Shown: positions 1-8,600, counted from the first letter of the stretch. The stretch: DNA of 16,836 nucleotides from Meiothermus sp. (GCA_033762915.1 JANRLD010000079.1:1-16836); one strand, 5' to 3'. The notes: generated by a model from the letters alone, not told the origin. Translations and numbers: made by a program.

Positions 1-540
1 CCGGTCTGGCAAGAGCCCCAGCCCCCGGCCAAGCCCGCCGTGCAGGCTGCCGAGCCCGCACCCCAGCCGGCCCCCCAGCCCGTCGCGGCCCCGGCCCCTT
101 CGGTCTTCCAGACCGTTGAGGAGGTGCCCACCCCCGGTGCGCCTACCTCGGCCAATGTCCCCATGGCGATGGCCCAGAACGCCGCCGTGCAGGCCGAGCT
201 GCGCCCCTTCCTGGACAAGCCCGAGATCGAGAGCGCGATGGTGATCTCGGCCAAGGGCGAGCCGGTGGCCTGGGTGGGGCAGCCCATCGAAGACCCCGAC
301 ACCTTCGCCGCCTATGTGCGCACCCTGATGAGCATCTCGAGCATCTTCGGCGACAAGCACCAGCTCTCGCCCCTCCAGGGCCTGAGCCTGGAGTACCTGG
401 GCAAGACCCTGATCGTCAACCGCGTCTCCGAGGGCCACTCCCTGGCCCTGCTGATGCGCGGCACCGGCGGCACCGGGGTGATCCGCTACCTGATCTCCAA
501 GCAGATGCCCCCGCTCAAGGCCGCGCTGGGCGAAGCCTAA
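1..540 (+). CDS. Roadblock/LC7 (MglB-like) domain protein, 5'-truncated by the window edge; Pro/Ala-rich linker then C-terminal Roadblock domain
   Basis: Frame is open from base 1 (PVWQEPQPPAKP...). The C-terminal ~115 aa (IESAMVISAKGEPVA...FAAYVRTLMSIS...LSLEYLGKTLIV...GTGVIRYLI) fit the Roadblock pattern. Stop TAA at 538-540. Confidence 0.65.
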   Translation, partial: PVWQEPQPPAKPAVQAAEPAPQPAPQPVAAPAPSVFQTVEEVPTPGAPTSANVPMAMAQNAAVQAELRPFLDKPEIESAMVISAKGEPVAWVGQPIEDPDTFAAYVRTLMSISSIFGDKHQLSPLQGLSLEYLGKTLIVNRVSEGHSLALLMRGTGGTGVIRYLISKQMPPLKAALGEA

Positions 541-575
541 AGGCACATAGCCCGCAGCCACCCGCAAGACTTACC

Positions 576-604
576 AACCCCTCGAGTCGGCTCGAGGGGT
601 TTTT
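576..604 (+). terminator. Intrinsic terminator built from two CTCGAG sites
   Basis: AACCCCTCGAG-TCGG-CTCGAGGGGTT perfect 11-bp stem running into a T-tract, 35 nt after the Roadblock stop. Confidence 0.8.
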
Positions 605-629
605 GTCGGACAAGGCTCGAGGTGGAGTT
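589..629 (+). repeat. Left copies of direct repeats bracketing the DoxX-TetR cassette
   Basis: GGCTCGAGGGGTTTTTGT at 589-606 is identical to 2059-2076. CTCGAGGTGGAGTT at 616-629 is identical to 1985-1998. Confidence 0.75.
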
Positions 630-734
630 CATGTCGGGCTGGAGGTGGAGTAGAACCCCAACATTGTTTGAATCATCGGACTGTTCGCTGGGTTGTTAGT
701 TTTCTCGTGTTTGGGGCCTGAAATCGCATTGGGC

Positions 735-1157
735 TCAGTTGTGTTGAATCTGATCTTGGACTGGGTAAGCCCGGCGGTACATGGTGAAGGCAAATGCCCA
801 CAAAACCAGACCAACAATGGGCAATACCACATCAGCCTCCCATGCTGCGATGTGTGCGCTCAGGGCCAGCAACAGGTTGAATAGAAATCCGGCAAAAGCA
901 AAGTCTTTGAGGGTTCGGGACTTGTTTTGGTAGATGGCCAGCAGTCCGAGTACCTTGCCGATGCCGTTGAAAAACACAATCCACATGCTCGAGAACCCCA
1001 GATGGGTATAACTTTTATAAGAAGCCTCGAGGTCGCTGAAGGTTAATCCCAGAGAAGCAAGGTATAAGAGGGTGAACAGTCCCAGTGAAACCCAGTAGAG
1101 CCTGACGGTAGTGGGAGACCCTGGAATATTGAAGTTGGGGCGGAAGAAGTCAATCAT
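735..1157 (-). CDS. DoxX-like family small membrane protein
   Basis: 140 aa with about 4 hydrophobic segments. YWVSLGLF...HLGF...GIGKVLGLLAI...LKDFAFAGFLFNLLLALSAH is the DoxX_2-type pattern. RBS AAGGAG lies 6 nt before ATG. Confidence 0.8.
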   Translation of the reverse strand: MIDFFRPNFNIPGSPTTVRLYWVSLGLFTLLYLASLGLTFSDLEASYKSYTHLGFSSMWIVFFNGIGKVLGLLAIYQNKSRTLKDFAFAGFLFNLLLALSAHIAAWEADVVLPIVGLVLWAFAFTMYRRAYPVQDQIQHN

Positions 1158-1248
1158 AAACAGCTCCTTGGGGTTTGCAGCACTGAGCAGCCAAGGCGTT
1201 CAAATGCTTGAACGCACGGTTTGGGTCTGTGACTTGGAAAACGGCAAC

Positions 1249-1289
1249 TCTACAGCGTAGACTTATATAAAGATACTCTACGGTGTAGA
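1249..1289. promoter_or_regulatory. Two tandem palindromic operators TCTAC-N3-GTAGA (putative TetR sites)
   Basis: TCTACAGCGTAGA at 1249-1261 and TCTACGGTGTAGA at 1277-1289, 28 bp apart, in the divergent doxX/tetR intergenic region. Confidence 0.75.
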
Positions 1290-1299
1290 ATATTGTCAA
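1270..1299 (-). promoter_or_regulatory. Sigma70-type promoter for doxX
   Basis: Minus-strand TTGACA (1299-1294), 18-nt spacer, TATCTT (1275-1270). Operator 2 lies in the spacer. On the plus strand TAGAAT (1286-1291) is a candidate -10 for tetR. Confidence 0.6.
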
Positions 1300-1300
1300 G

Positions 1301-1981
1301 ATGCCAACCAAACCAGCCACAATTGCAAAACCTGCCAAGCACAAAACCAAAGGCCGAGTGCCGCTGAGCATCCCGTTGATTCAAAGCAAAGCCCTCGAGC
1401 TGATTGGGCGCGACGGACTCGAGGCCCTCTCGATGCGAACCCTCGCCAAAGAACTGCGGGTAGACCCAATGGCGATATACCACCACATCCCCAACAAAGC
1501 CAGCCTGCTCTCGGGCATCTACGAAAGTGCGCTGGCCGAACTCTTCGAGGGCAGCGCCAGCAATCTGTCTTGGCAAGAGCAACTTAAAGCCCTGCTGCGT
1601 CGCTTCCGCTATCTGGCCACCCGACAGCCCAACCTCTTCCCCGGTCTGATTGCCTCGAGCCACACCTCACCCACCATCGCCAAAACCATTGACGCGGTTT
1701 TGGGCATCTTGCTCGAGGCTGGCCTAAAGCCCACCGACACTGTGAAAACCGGCGATGCGGTGTTTGCATTTATCAGCGGATTTGTGCTGTTGGAACTAAA
1801 TCACAACGCCGCAAGTGCCAATGACTCAACACCCCAAAACCCACCGCCCTTACCGTTGGCCAACATGGAACGCCTACGCGAGGAGTTGCAGGCCAATCAA
1901 TTCGCCGAGAGCTTTGAGTTTGGTCTGCAATTCTTAATCACTGGCATCGAAGCCAACCTACCCAAACCCAAGAAGCCATAA
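1301..1981 (+). CDS. TetR/AcrR family transcriptional regulator with TetR-class C-terminal domain
   Basis: HTH ALELIGRDGLEALSMRTLAKELRVDPMAIYHHIPNKASLL. C-terminal AFISGFVLLE and FEFGLQFLITGI motifs. Confidence 0.92.
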   Translation: MPTKPATIAKPAKHKTKGRVPLSIPLIQSKALELIGRDGLEALSMRTLAKELRVDPMAIYHHIPNKASLLSGIYESALAELFEGSASNLSWQEQLKALLRRFRYLATRQPNLFPGLIASSHTSPTIAKTIDAVLGILLEAGLKPTDTVKTGDAVFAFISGFVLLELNHNAASANDSTPQNPPPLPLANMERLREELQANQFAESFEFGLQFLITGIEANLPKPKKP

Positions 1982-2107
1982 ACCCTCGAGGTGGAGTTGG
2001 AGCGGGCTGAGTTGAAGGTGGGGTAGACTCGAGGGGTTGGGGTTGGACTCGAGTGTGTGGCTCGAGGGGTTTTTGTTAGGCAAGATTAGGTCTGACTCTC
2101 GAGGGTT
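1981..2107. repeat. CTCGAG-rich intergenic repeat/terminator block with 10-bp terminal inverted repeats
   Basis: AACCCTCGAG (1981-1990) is the reverse complement of CTCGAGGGTT (2098-2107). CTCGAG occurs at 1985, 2028, 2048, 2061 and 2098. Lies between the convergent tetR and SAS genes. Confidence 0.6.
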
Positions 2108-2110
2108 CTT

Positions 2111-3100
2111 TCAGCCTAAGTCTGCCTTATACGTTTCGAGTTTGTCTGGGGTAAGTGGCCATTTATTCCCAGTCTGCATTGGGGCTCTCTCCAGAAGCAT
2201 ATAAATAACCAATGAAACAGGTTGTGCAGCCAATAGATTCCAACTCGCTCGACTCTCCAAGCGTTTTATCAGTGGATTATTTTCCTTGATAAACTCATCA
2301 ATTTGTTCCAGTGTTATCTGATTGGTCTCAATCAGTGACTCCAATTCACTATAAACAAAATCATTTAGCCTAGAATTGAAAAAGCGTACCATTGAAGGAG
2401 CAGCATCATCAAATAGCTTCTTAATCCCGTTTAGGAAAGCACCTTGGGTTTTTAGAGCTTCTGCCATAGATCTATCCACCACCCCAAAGTAATCATCGGC
2501 AGCCTCTATAAGGGCCGCGCTTCGGGCAACTATACGCTTAACCTTATGACTTGCTTCGACCTTTGGTTTGTATATTCGGTCGTGTGTAAGCTCGCTGTGT
2601 GCGTGCTGCAAGAGAGTTCTGATTTGTAGTTCGCATGGTACACCTCCTGGAATTTCAACCCCATCAAACTGAATGGGTTCTCTATTATATATTATGTAAT
2701 GGTCAGATTCATAGCCAAATTTCTCTGGATTAACGTAACGCACCTCTTCTATGTCTTTATCCTTACGATATACCCATAAGTCGGTACTTTCAACGAGATG
2801 GCATATCATGCGGATTTCATCAAGCAATAAGACAACTATCCTTAGTCCCACTTTGTCTGTGATTTCTGCGTATGGATTATGGTATTTTTTGTCTTTTCTA
2901 TAAAATGCCTTTTCGACTAACTTTGTGTCATCTTTCAATCGCGGCGAAACAGGGACTTTTACAAATTCATAGAGGCTTCTTTCATCATCACGAAGCATTT
3001 CTTCGATTTTATTTTCAAGAGTTTTCTTAATGAAATTGCCCCACGCCTGAAAGATTGGTTTGTCTCTTTCATACTGCTGGCGGAATTCTTGTTCGTTCAT
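2111..3100 (-). CDS. RelA/SpoT synthetase-domain protein (small alarmone synthetase, toxSAS-like) with C-terminal extension
   Basis: Synthetase motifs in the expected order: RLKDDTKLVEK, ITDKVGLRIV, FGYESDHY, ELQIRTLLQHAHSELTHDRIYK. No HD hydrolase or TGS/ACT domains visible. AT-rich DNA. Confidence 0.9.
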   Translation of the reverse strand: MNEQEFRQQYERDKPIFQAWGNFIKKTLENKIEEMLRDDERSLYEFVKVPVSPRLKDDTKLVEKAFYRKDKKYHNPYAEITDKVGLRIVVLLLDEIRMICHLVESTDLWVYRKDKDIEEVRYVNPEKFGYESDHYIIYNREPIQFDGVEIPGGVPCELQIRTLLQHAHSELTHDRIYKPKVEASHKVKRIVARSAALIEAADDYFGVVDRSMAEALKTQGAFLNGIKKLFDDAAPSMVRFFNSRLNDFVYSELESLIETNQITLEQIDEFIKENNPLIKRLESRASWNLLAAQPVSLVIYMLLERAPMQTGNKWPLTPDKLETYKADLG

Positions 3101-3101
3101 T

Positions 3102-4178
3102 TTACGATTCCTTCAATTTTCCATATACCTTTACTAAGATGTAGTCCTCCGTTGTTTCTTCAATCTTTACCAGAGTGCCAAATTGTTCCGAAGGTCCACT
3201 TATTTTTATTCTTGTAGTGAACTCAAGATTACGCTTCTTAAGCTGGTGAGCAATTAATGATGTATCTTTGTGTACTCCATTAGCTGGGAATTTCGCATCT
3301 TTGAAGGCGGTAATAAATTTGTCTTGTACTTCGGCGGTTGGTAGGTATTGTGTCGCGTAATCGGTAGGCGAAATAGCGTTTGAGTTTGATGTCATCAGAT
3401 AAGCATGAAGTGCATTACTCAAATCTACCTTCTGTTCGTCACCCAAGTTCAGCTTGTCAATTTGTTCTGACGCAATATCGTAAAAAGTTTTTGTTAAGAC
3501 CTGATCTGTATCTGCAATACTGCTACCCAAGAAGGTTTTTACAAAGTAGGTTGTATGTATACCCGCATTTTGATATGCCATATTCGCGTCGTAGGCATAT
3601 ACATCAAAATCGCTAGGAGTTCTCTCCCCGACTGAATAACTGCCAACATGATTCTCAATAAAGATGGCAACTTTATGGAGGTGTTGTGCTTCCGTCATTA
3701 GTAGCTCTGCAACATAGTCAAGATCAAAAACTCCGTTGTTGTTGGATTTAGTAAAACCACCATGAGGTTCCGCTTTTACAATACATATAAAACGTTTTTT
3801 TGGATTTCCAATTTCGCCAGTTGCAATCACTACTGTTCCACCAGGAATTCTCGCAGTGTTTTGCGCTTCCCACAACGCTCTAGTAATATCTCGGCTTAGT
3901 TGAATGAAGTCATCACTTTTTTGGGCATCAAGGCATTGTGCTGCCAATTGGAATGTGCTGTCTTTCTCTGTTTTCACCACGCTGACTTGTAAGCAAAATC
4001 TGTTCTTTGCGAGTGCTTTAGAAAGTAACTCCTCTAAAACGGCTTTGGCTTTTCCGTGTAGTTGGGTAATGTCGTTGCTAAAAGTTGGAGATTTGTCTTC
4101 ATTGCCGGTTCCTGATGTACGAGCAAAAACTTCGTGAGCGATCAGGCGCTTAATTTGGATGTCTCTAAATGTACTCAT
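3102..4178 (-). CDS. Nucleoid-associated protein, NA37/YejK(NdpA)-like family
   Basis: 358 aa. IQIKRLIAHEV start, F..LSRDITRALW..Q...IPGGTVVI, FICIVKAE..GF, LHKVAIF, YFVKTFLG and LTKTFY match my recollection of the NA37 family. Its stop is 1 nt from the SAS start (TAA-A-ATG). Confidence 0.75.
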   Translation of the reverse strand: MSTFRDIQIKRLIAHEVFARTSGTGNEDKSPTFSNDITQLHGKAKAVLEELLSKALAKNRFCLQVSVVKTEKDSTFQLAAQCLDAQKSDDFIQLSRDITRALWEAQNTARIPGGTVVIATGEIGNPKKRFICIVKAEPHGGFTKSNNNGVFDLDYVAELLMTEAQHLHKVAIFIENHVGSYSVGERTPSDFDVYAYDANMAYQNAGIHTTYFVKTFLGSSIADTDQVLTKTFYDIASEQIDKLNLGDEQKVDLSNALHAYLMTSNSNAISPTDYATQYLPTAEVQDKFITAFKDAKFPANGVHKDTSLIAHQLKKRNLEFTTRIKISGPSEQFGTLVKIEETTEDYILVKVYGKLKES

Positions 4179-4328
4179 AAGGGTTTCTGATTGAATTATT
4201 ACATATTAGTAGAACATATGTGAAGTACAATTGACCAAGAATTGCTCTCCTCAAAATCCAATCTGAGAAAAGAAAAAAGACCCTCTAGTTTAACGATGTC
4301 TGGAGGCAACCAGTATTTTGAGCGATAT

Positions 4329-4350
4329 TAGGTTGCATCTAGGTTGCATC
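4329..4350 (+). repeat. Perfect tandem 11-bp direct repeat TAGGTTGCATC x2
   Basis: Copies at 4329-4339 and 4340-4350, near the right GC boundary of the islet. Confidence 0.85.
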
Positions 4351-4375
4351 CAAATATTCTATTTCAAGGACTCTT

Positions 4376-4480
4376 CTAAACCTTGCTCCTTTCCATCAAC
4401 CCCACCGCCCGCTCCGACTACGCCGTAATGGTCAAACTAGGGTTCACCCCCACATTGGCCAGAATCGCCCAGCCGTTTAT
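4376..4480 (-). pseudogene. C-terminal fragment of a GMC oxidoreductase (cholesterol oxidase-like)
   Basis: Minus-strand translation INGWAILANVGVNPSLTITA*SERAVGLMERSKV* matches the GMC C-terminal motif DGS.I.ANLGVNPSLTITA.AERA. In-frame TAG at 4420-4418. Confidence 0.7.
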
Positions 4481-4496
4481 TCAAAAAAGCCGAGAA

Positions 4497-4699
4497 CTAA
4501 TCCTCGAGCGGATGCAACCCCGCTGCCGCCAGCACCCGCCGCAGGTTGACCACATTCGGGCGGTTTAGCTCGAGGCGCACCACCGTAGCCCTGCCGATGG
4601 GCGAAATCCCGACCATCAAGCTAAGGCTTACTGGCTGTGGCAGTATTCACAGCAGCCTTTAGCGCGGCGAAAAACCCGTTCGCGTTGCTCGGCGGTCAT
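4497..4699 (-). pseudogene. HNH endonuclease pseudogene, internally deleted and frameshifted
   Basis: ATG at 4699 overlaps the upstream TGA. It reads MTAEQRERVFRRAKGCCEYCHSQ* (stop 4630-4628), then in another frame MVGISPIGRATVVRLELNRPNVVNLRRVLAAAGLHPLED*. These are the N- and C-termini of the small CEYC-type HNH family, with the catalytic core missing. Confidence 0.8.
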
Positions 4700-5079
4700 G
4701 CCGAAAGCCGCATTGGCAGCAGACCCAACTGTTCTTGCAGCACCGTTATCTCAACCCCGCGCAGTTTAGACAGTTGCAGCAAGGCTTTGGTGCGCTCTAA
4801 GCTCAGCGCTTCAGCCTGATCGGAGAGCCTGATTAATTCCTCGCGCTCGAGTGCGCTTAGGGCTTCGGCTTCGCGTTTGGCGACAAGCTGACGGTAGCGC
4901 TGCCAGAACGACTCGGGCAAACCTTGGGTGGCCGTGAGCAGCAGCGTATCCTCGCTCGATCCGCCCCAGCGGGCCTCGAGGTCTTGCTCGAGCAACTCCT
5001 CTAACTTCAAGCCCCGTTGCTCGGCCTCGAGGCGCAAACGTTCCTCGAGTTCAGGGCTAAGGTGCAGCACCAGCGACAT
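4696..5079 (-). CDS. Small helical protein, putative antitoxin/partner of the HNH nuclease (RHH-like N-terminus)
   Basis: 127 aa from MSLVLHLSPELEERLRLEAEQRGL. The C-half GLPESFWQRYRQLVAKREAEALS..E.EELIRL resembles proteins commonly found upstream of such HNH genes. TACACT 7 nt before the ATG supports a start at 5079, not 5457. Confidence 0.7.
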   Translation of the reverse strand: MSLVLHLSPELEERLRLEAEQRGLKLEELLEQDLEARWGGSSEDTLLLTATQGLPESFWQRYRQLVAKREAEALSALEREELIRLSDQAEALSLERTKALLQLSKLRGVEITVLQEQLGLLPMRLSA

Positions 5080-5170
5080 ATCCCAAAGTGTAGCACCAAC
5101 CCGGCCCGTCTCCACTGGAGCAAAACCGGCTCGTCTACCCCTCGAGCCCTCCTCCCAATACACTAGCCCC

Positions 5171-6268
5171 ATGCAACAGCTCATCGGCCAGCCCATCAGC
5201 GCCCTCGATACCCCCGCCCTGCTGGTAGACCTAGACGCCCTCGAGCGCAACATTGCCCGGGGCTTCGCGGCGCTCGAGGGTACGGGCGTGACCATGCGCC
5301 CGCACCTCAAAACTGGCAAGAGCCCGCACCTGGCCCGCTGTCTGCTGGCGGCGGGGGCGGTGGGGGTTTGTGTGGCCAAGCTGGGCGAGGCCGAGGTGAT
5401 GGCGGCGGCGGGCATCGACGACATCCTGATCACCAGCGAACTGGTGGGCGAGGCCAAGCTGCGGCGTCTGGTGGCGCTTCTGCGCGACCATCCCAGGGTG
5501 CGGCTGGTGGTGGATAGCCCCCAGGGGGCGGCGGGCCTTAGCGCGGCCCTGGAGGCGGCGGGGCTGAGTGCCGAGGTGCTGCTCGAGGTGAACGTGGGGC
5601 AGAACCGTTGCGGGGTGCTGCCGTCCGAGACGCTGGGGCTGGCCGGGGCGGTGGCGCGGCTGCCGGGGCTGCGGCTGGTGGGGCTCCAGGGCTACGAGGG
5701 ACACCTCCAGCACGGGCGCGACCGCGAACAGCGCCGGGCCGCCTGCCTGGCCGCGATGGACGCGTTGGGCGGGGCCGCCGAGGCGCTGCGCCGGGCCGGG
5801 CACGAGATGCGGGTGGTGAGCACCGGGGGCAGCGGCACCTACACCTTCTGCGCCCGCCACCCCGCCGTGACCGAGGTGCAGCCGGGCTCGTTCGCCTTCA
5901 TGGACACCGACTACCTCGCCACCCCTGGCCTGCCCTTCGAGTCGGCGCTGCGGGTGAGCGCTACGGTGATCAGCCGCCCCGCGCCCGAGCGGGCGGTAAC
6001 CGACGCGGGCCTGAAGTCGCTCTCCACCGACAGCGGCTTTGCGGAGCCCTTCGGGCTGTCTGGCTGGGCCTACCGCCCCGGCGGCGACGAGCACGGCATC
6101 CTGGACCGGGCCTCGCCCGAGGCCCCGGAGCTGGCGGTGGGCGACCGGCTCGAGCTGATCCCCAGCCACATCGACACCACCCTCAACCTCCACGACTTCT
6201 ACCTCCTCCACCGGGGCGGCGTGGTGGCGGAGGTCTGGCCGATTGCGGCCAGGGGCAAGGTGGCCTAG
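5171..6268 (+). CDS. DSD1-family PLP-dependent enzyme (D-threonine aldolase/D-serine dehydratase-like, alanine-racemase fold)
   Basis: LDTPALLVDLDALERNI, RPHLKTGK (PLP lysine), GLQGYEGH, STGGSGT, EVQPGSFAFMD, DAGLKSLSTD, DEHG and IPSHIDTTLNLHD. Start placed at 5171 by TACACT 6 nt upstream. Confidence 0.92.
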   Translation: MQQLIGQPISALDTPALLVDLDALERNIARGFAALEGTGVTMRPHLKTGKSPHLARCLLAAGAVGVCVAKLGEAEVMAAAGIDDILITSELVGEAKLRRLVALLRDHPRVRLVVDSPQGAAGLSAALEAAGLSAEVLLEVNVGQNRCGVLPSETLGLAGAVARLPGLRLVGLQGYEGHLQHGRDREQRRAACLAAMDALGGAAEALRRAGHEMRVVSTGGSGTYTFCARHPAVTEVQPGSFAFMDTDYLATPGLPFESALRVSATVISRPAPERAVTDAGLKSLSTDSGFAEPFGLSGWAYRPGGDEHGILDRASPEAPELAVGDRLELIPSHIDTTLNLHDFYLLHRGGVVAEVWPIAARGKVA

Positions 6269-6744
6269 ACCAGCCCCAGCAGCGCCCGCAGCTCGTCCAG
6301 GGTGGCCTGCTCGGCCTGGGAAATCTTCTGGCCCCCGATGCCCAGGAAGCCGCCCTCGGTGGCGGCTTCGGCCACGGCCTCGGCCACCCCCAGCACATAG
6401 TGGCGGTAGGCGGTGGCCTCCTCGGCGCTGGACTTGGTGTCCACCAGCCACAGCGCCTGGCGGACGCGCTCGAGCATGGCCGCGCGTGCTTCCTCGGTGG
6501 AGCGGAAGCGCTGGCGCTGGGGCTCGGCTTGGCGGGGGGCCTCGAGGGTCTCGAGGATGGCCGCCATCAGCGGGGATGTGCTGCTGCGGGCCAGCTCGCG
6601 CAGGGCCTTGGAGGCCGCCGAGCTCTCGGCCACCAGCCCGCTCAGCCCCGAGGGCGAGGCCGCCACCACCGCCGCCGCTCCCGAGGCGGTGGCCGAGATC
6701 ACTTTGTCCCACTCCTCGACCGAGAAGTTGTCCTTAACACTCAT
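6265..6744 (-). CDS. Conserved hypothetical helical protein
   Basis: 159 aa with host-like codon use and motifs FSVEEW and AVAEAATEGGFLGIGGQKISQAEQATL. TACGGT 6 nt before ATG. Stop overlaps the DSD1 stop in a shared CTAG. Confidence 0.8.
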   Translation of the reverse strand: MSVKDNFSVEEWDKVISATASGAAAVVAASPSGLSGLVAESSAASKALRELARSSTSPLMAAILETLEAPRQAEPQRQRFRSTEEARAAMLERVRQALWLVDTKSSAEEATAYRHYVLGVAEAVAEAATEGGFLGIGGQKISQAEQATLDELRALLGLV

Positions 6745-6821
6745 GGGCTCACCGTAGCACGCCGGGGCGGGGGCGTTGGGGAGGTGGGCGACAGTGGGGG
6801 TGAGGGGCCGTCAGCCGCCAG

Positions 6822-6972
6822 CTCGAGCTTCAGGGGTCACTGCCCCTCACCCCCAGCCCCTTTCCCAAGAGGGAGAGGGGGTCTTTTCCGCTTCTTTCTT
6901 TTGCAAGTCATGTCCCTTCTCCCTCTGGGAGAAGGGCTGGGATGAGGGGGCTGTGACCGCTGAAGCCTCGAG
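6822..6972. repeat. REP-like inverted-repeat element (CCCCTCACCCCCAGCCCCT..CCC...GGGAGAGGGG type) bounded by CTCGAG
   Basis: 6822-6880 and 6914-6972 form an imperfect ~59-bp inverted pair. Each arm has an internal hairpin. A further partial unit lies near 6796-6807. Confidence 0.8.
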
Positions 6973-7050
6973 ACTACGCAACACGGCCGACCACTGACCG
7001 CCCTCTGCCCTCCACCTTGGTAAACTCTCAGCAAACCCAAGGAGACCCCC

Positions 7051-8538
<1,488 letters not shown>

Positions 8539-8559
8539 GTGTCTGCATAGGTGCACTAC

Positions 8560-8600
8560 GCCGCCCGCCAACTCCGCAAGCCACTCTGCCCCGAGTAGCC
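8560..8600 (+). repeat. Dispersed intergenic repeat, degenerate copy A
   Basis: GCCGCCCGCCAACTCC (8560-8575) is the exact reverse complement of 15184-15199. Confidence 0.5.

Larger units (their letters stand above)
2108..4380. mobile_element. Horizontally acquired AT-rich islet (no integrase or transposase in window)
   Basis: Visibly AT-rich against the GC-rich flanks. By eye, no CTCGAG between 2104 and 4502 although the site is frequent elsewhere. Boundaries are approximate. Confidence 0.65.

Noticed and set aside
1981..2107. Possible CRISPR-like array of CTCGAG repeats
   Set aside because: Repeats are too short and irregularly spaced, with no constant repeat-spacer period and no cas genes.
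4195..4240. Promoter for the NA37-SAS operon (TTGTAC-N16-TAATAT, minus strand)
   Set aside because: The region is AT-rich with several equally plausible hexamers, so none can be singled out.
4510..4519. GGATGCAACC, inverted match to the tandem 11-mer at 4329-4350
   Set aside because: Falls in the GLHP codons of the HNH remnant, so it is probably coincidental.
4383..4568. 61-aa plus-strand ORF
   Set aside because: Antisense to the GMC and HNH remnants, which explain the sequence better.
4928..5457. N-terminal extensions of the ORF-track calls 4928..6268 and 4696..5457
   Set aside because: They overlap each other head-to-head. TACACT boxes and family patterns place the starts at 5171 and 5079.
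5231..6945. Long ORFs 5231..6712 (-) and 5608..6945 (+)
   Set aside because: Shadow frames of the DSD1 and hypothetical genes. Arg/Gly/Pro-rich, typical of high-GC DNA, with no motifs.
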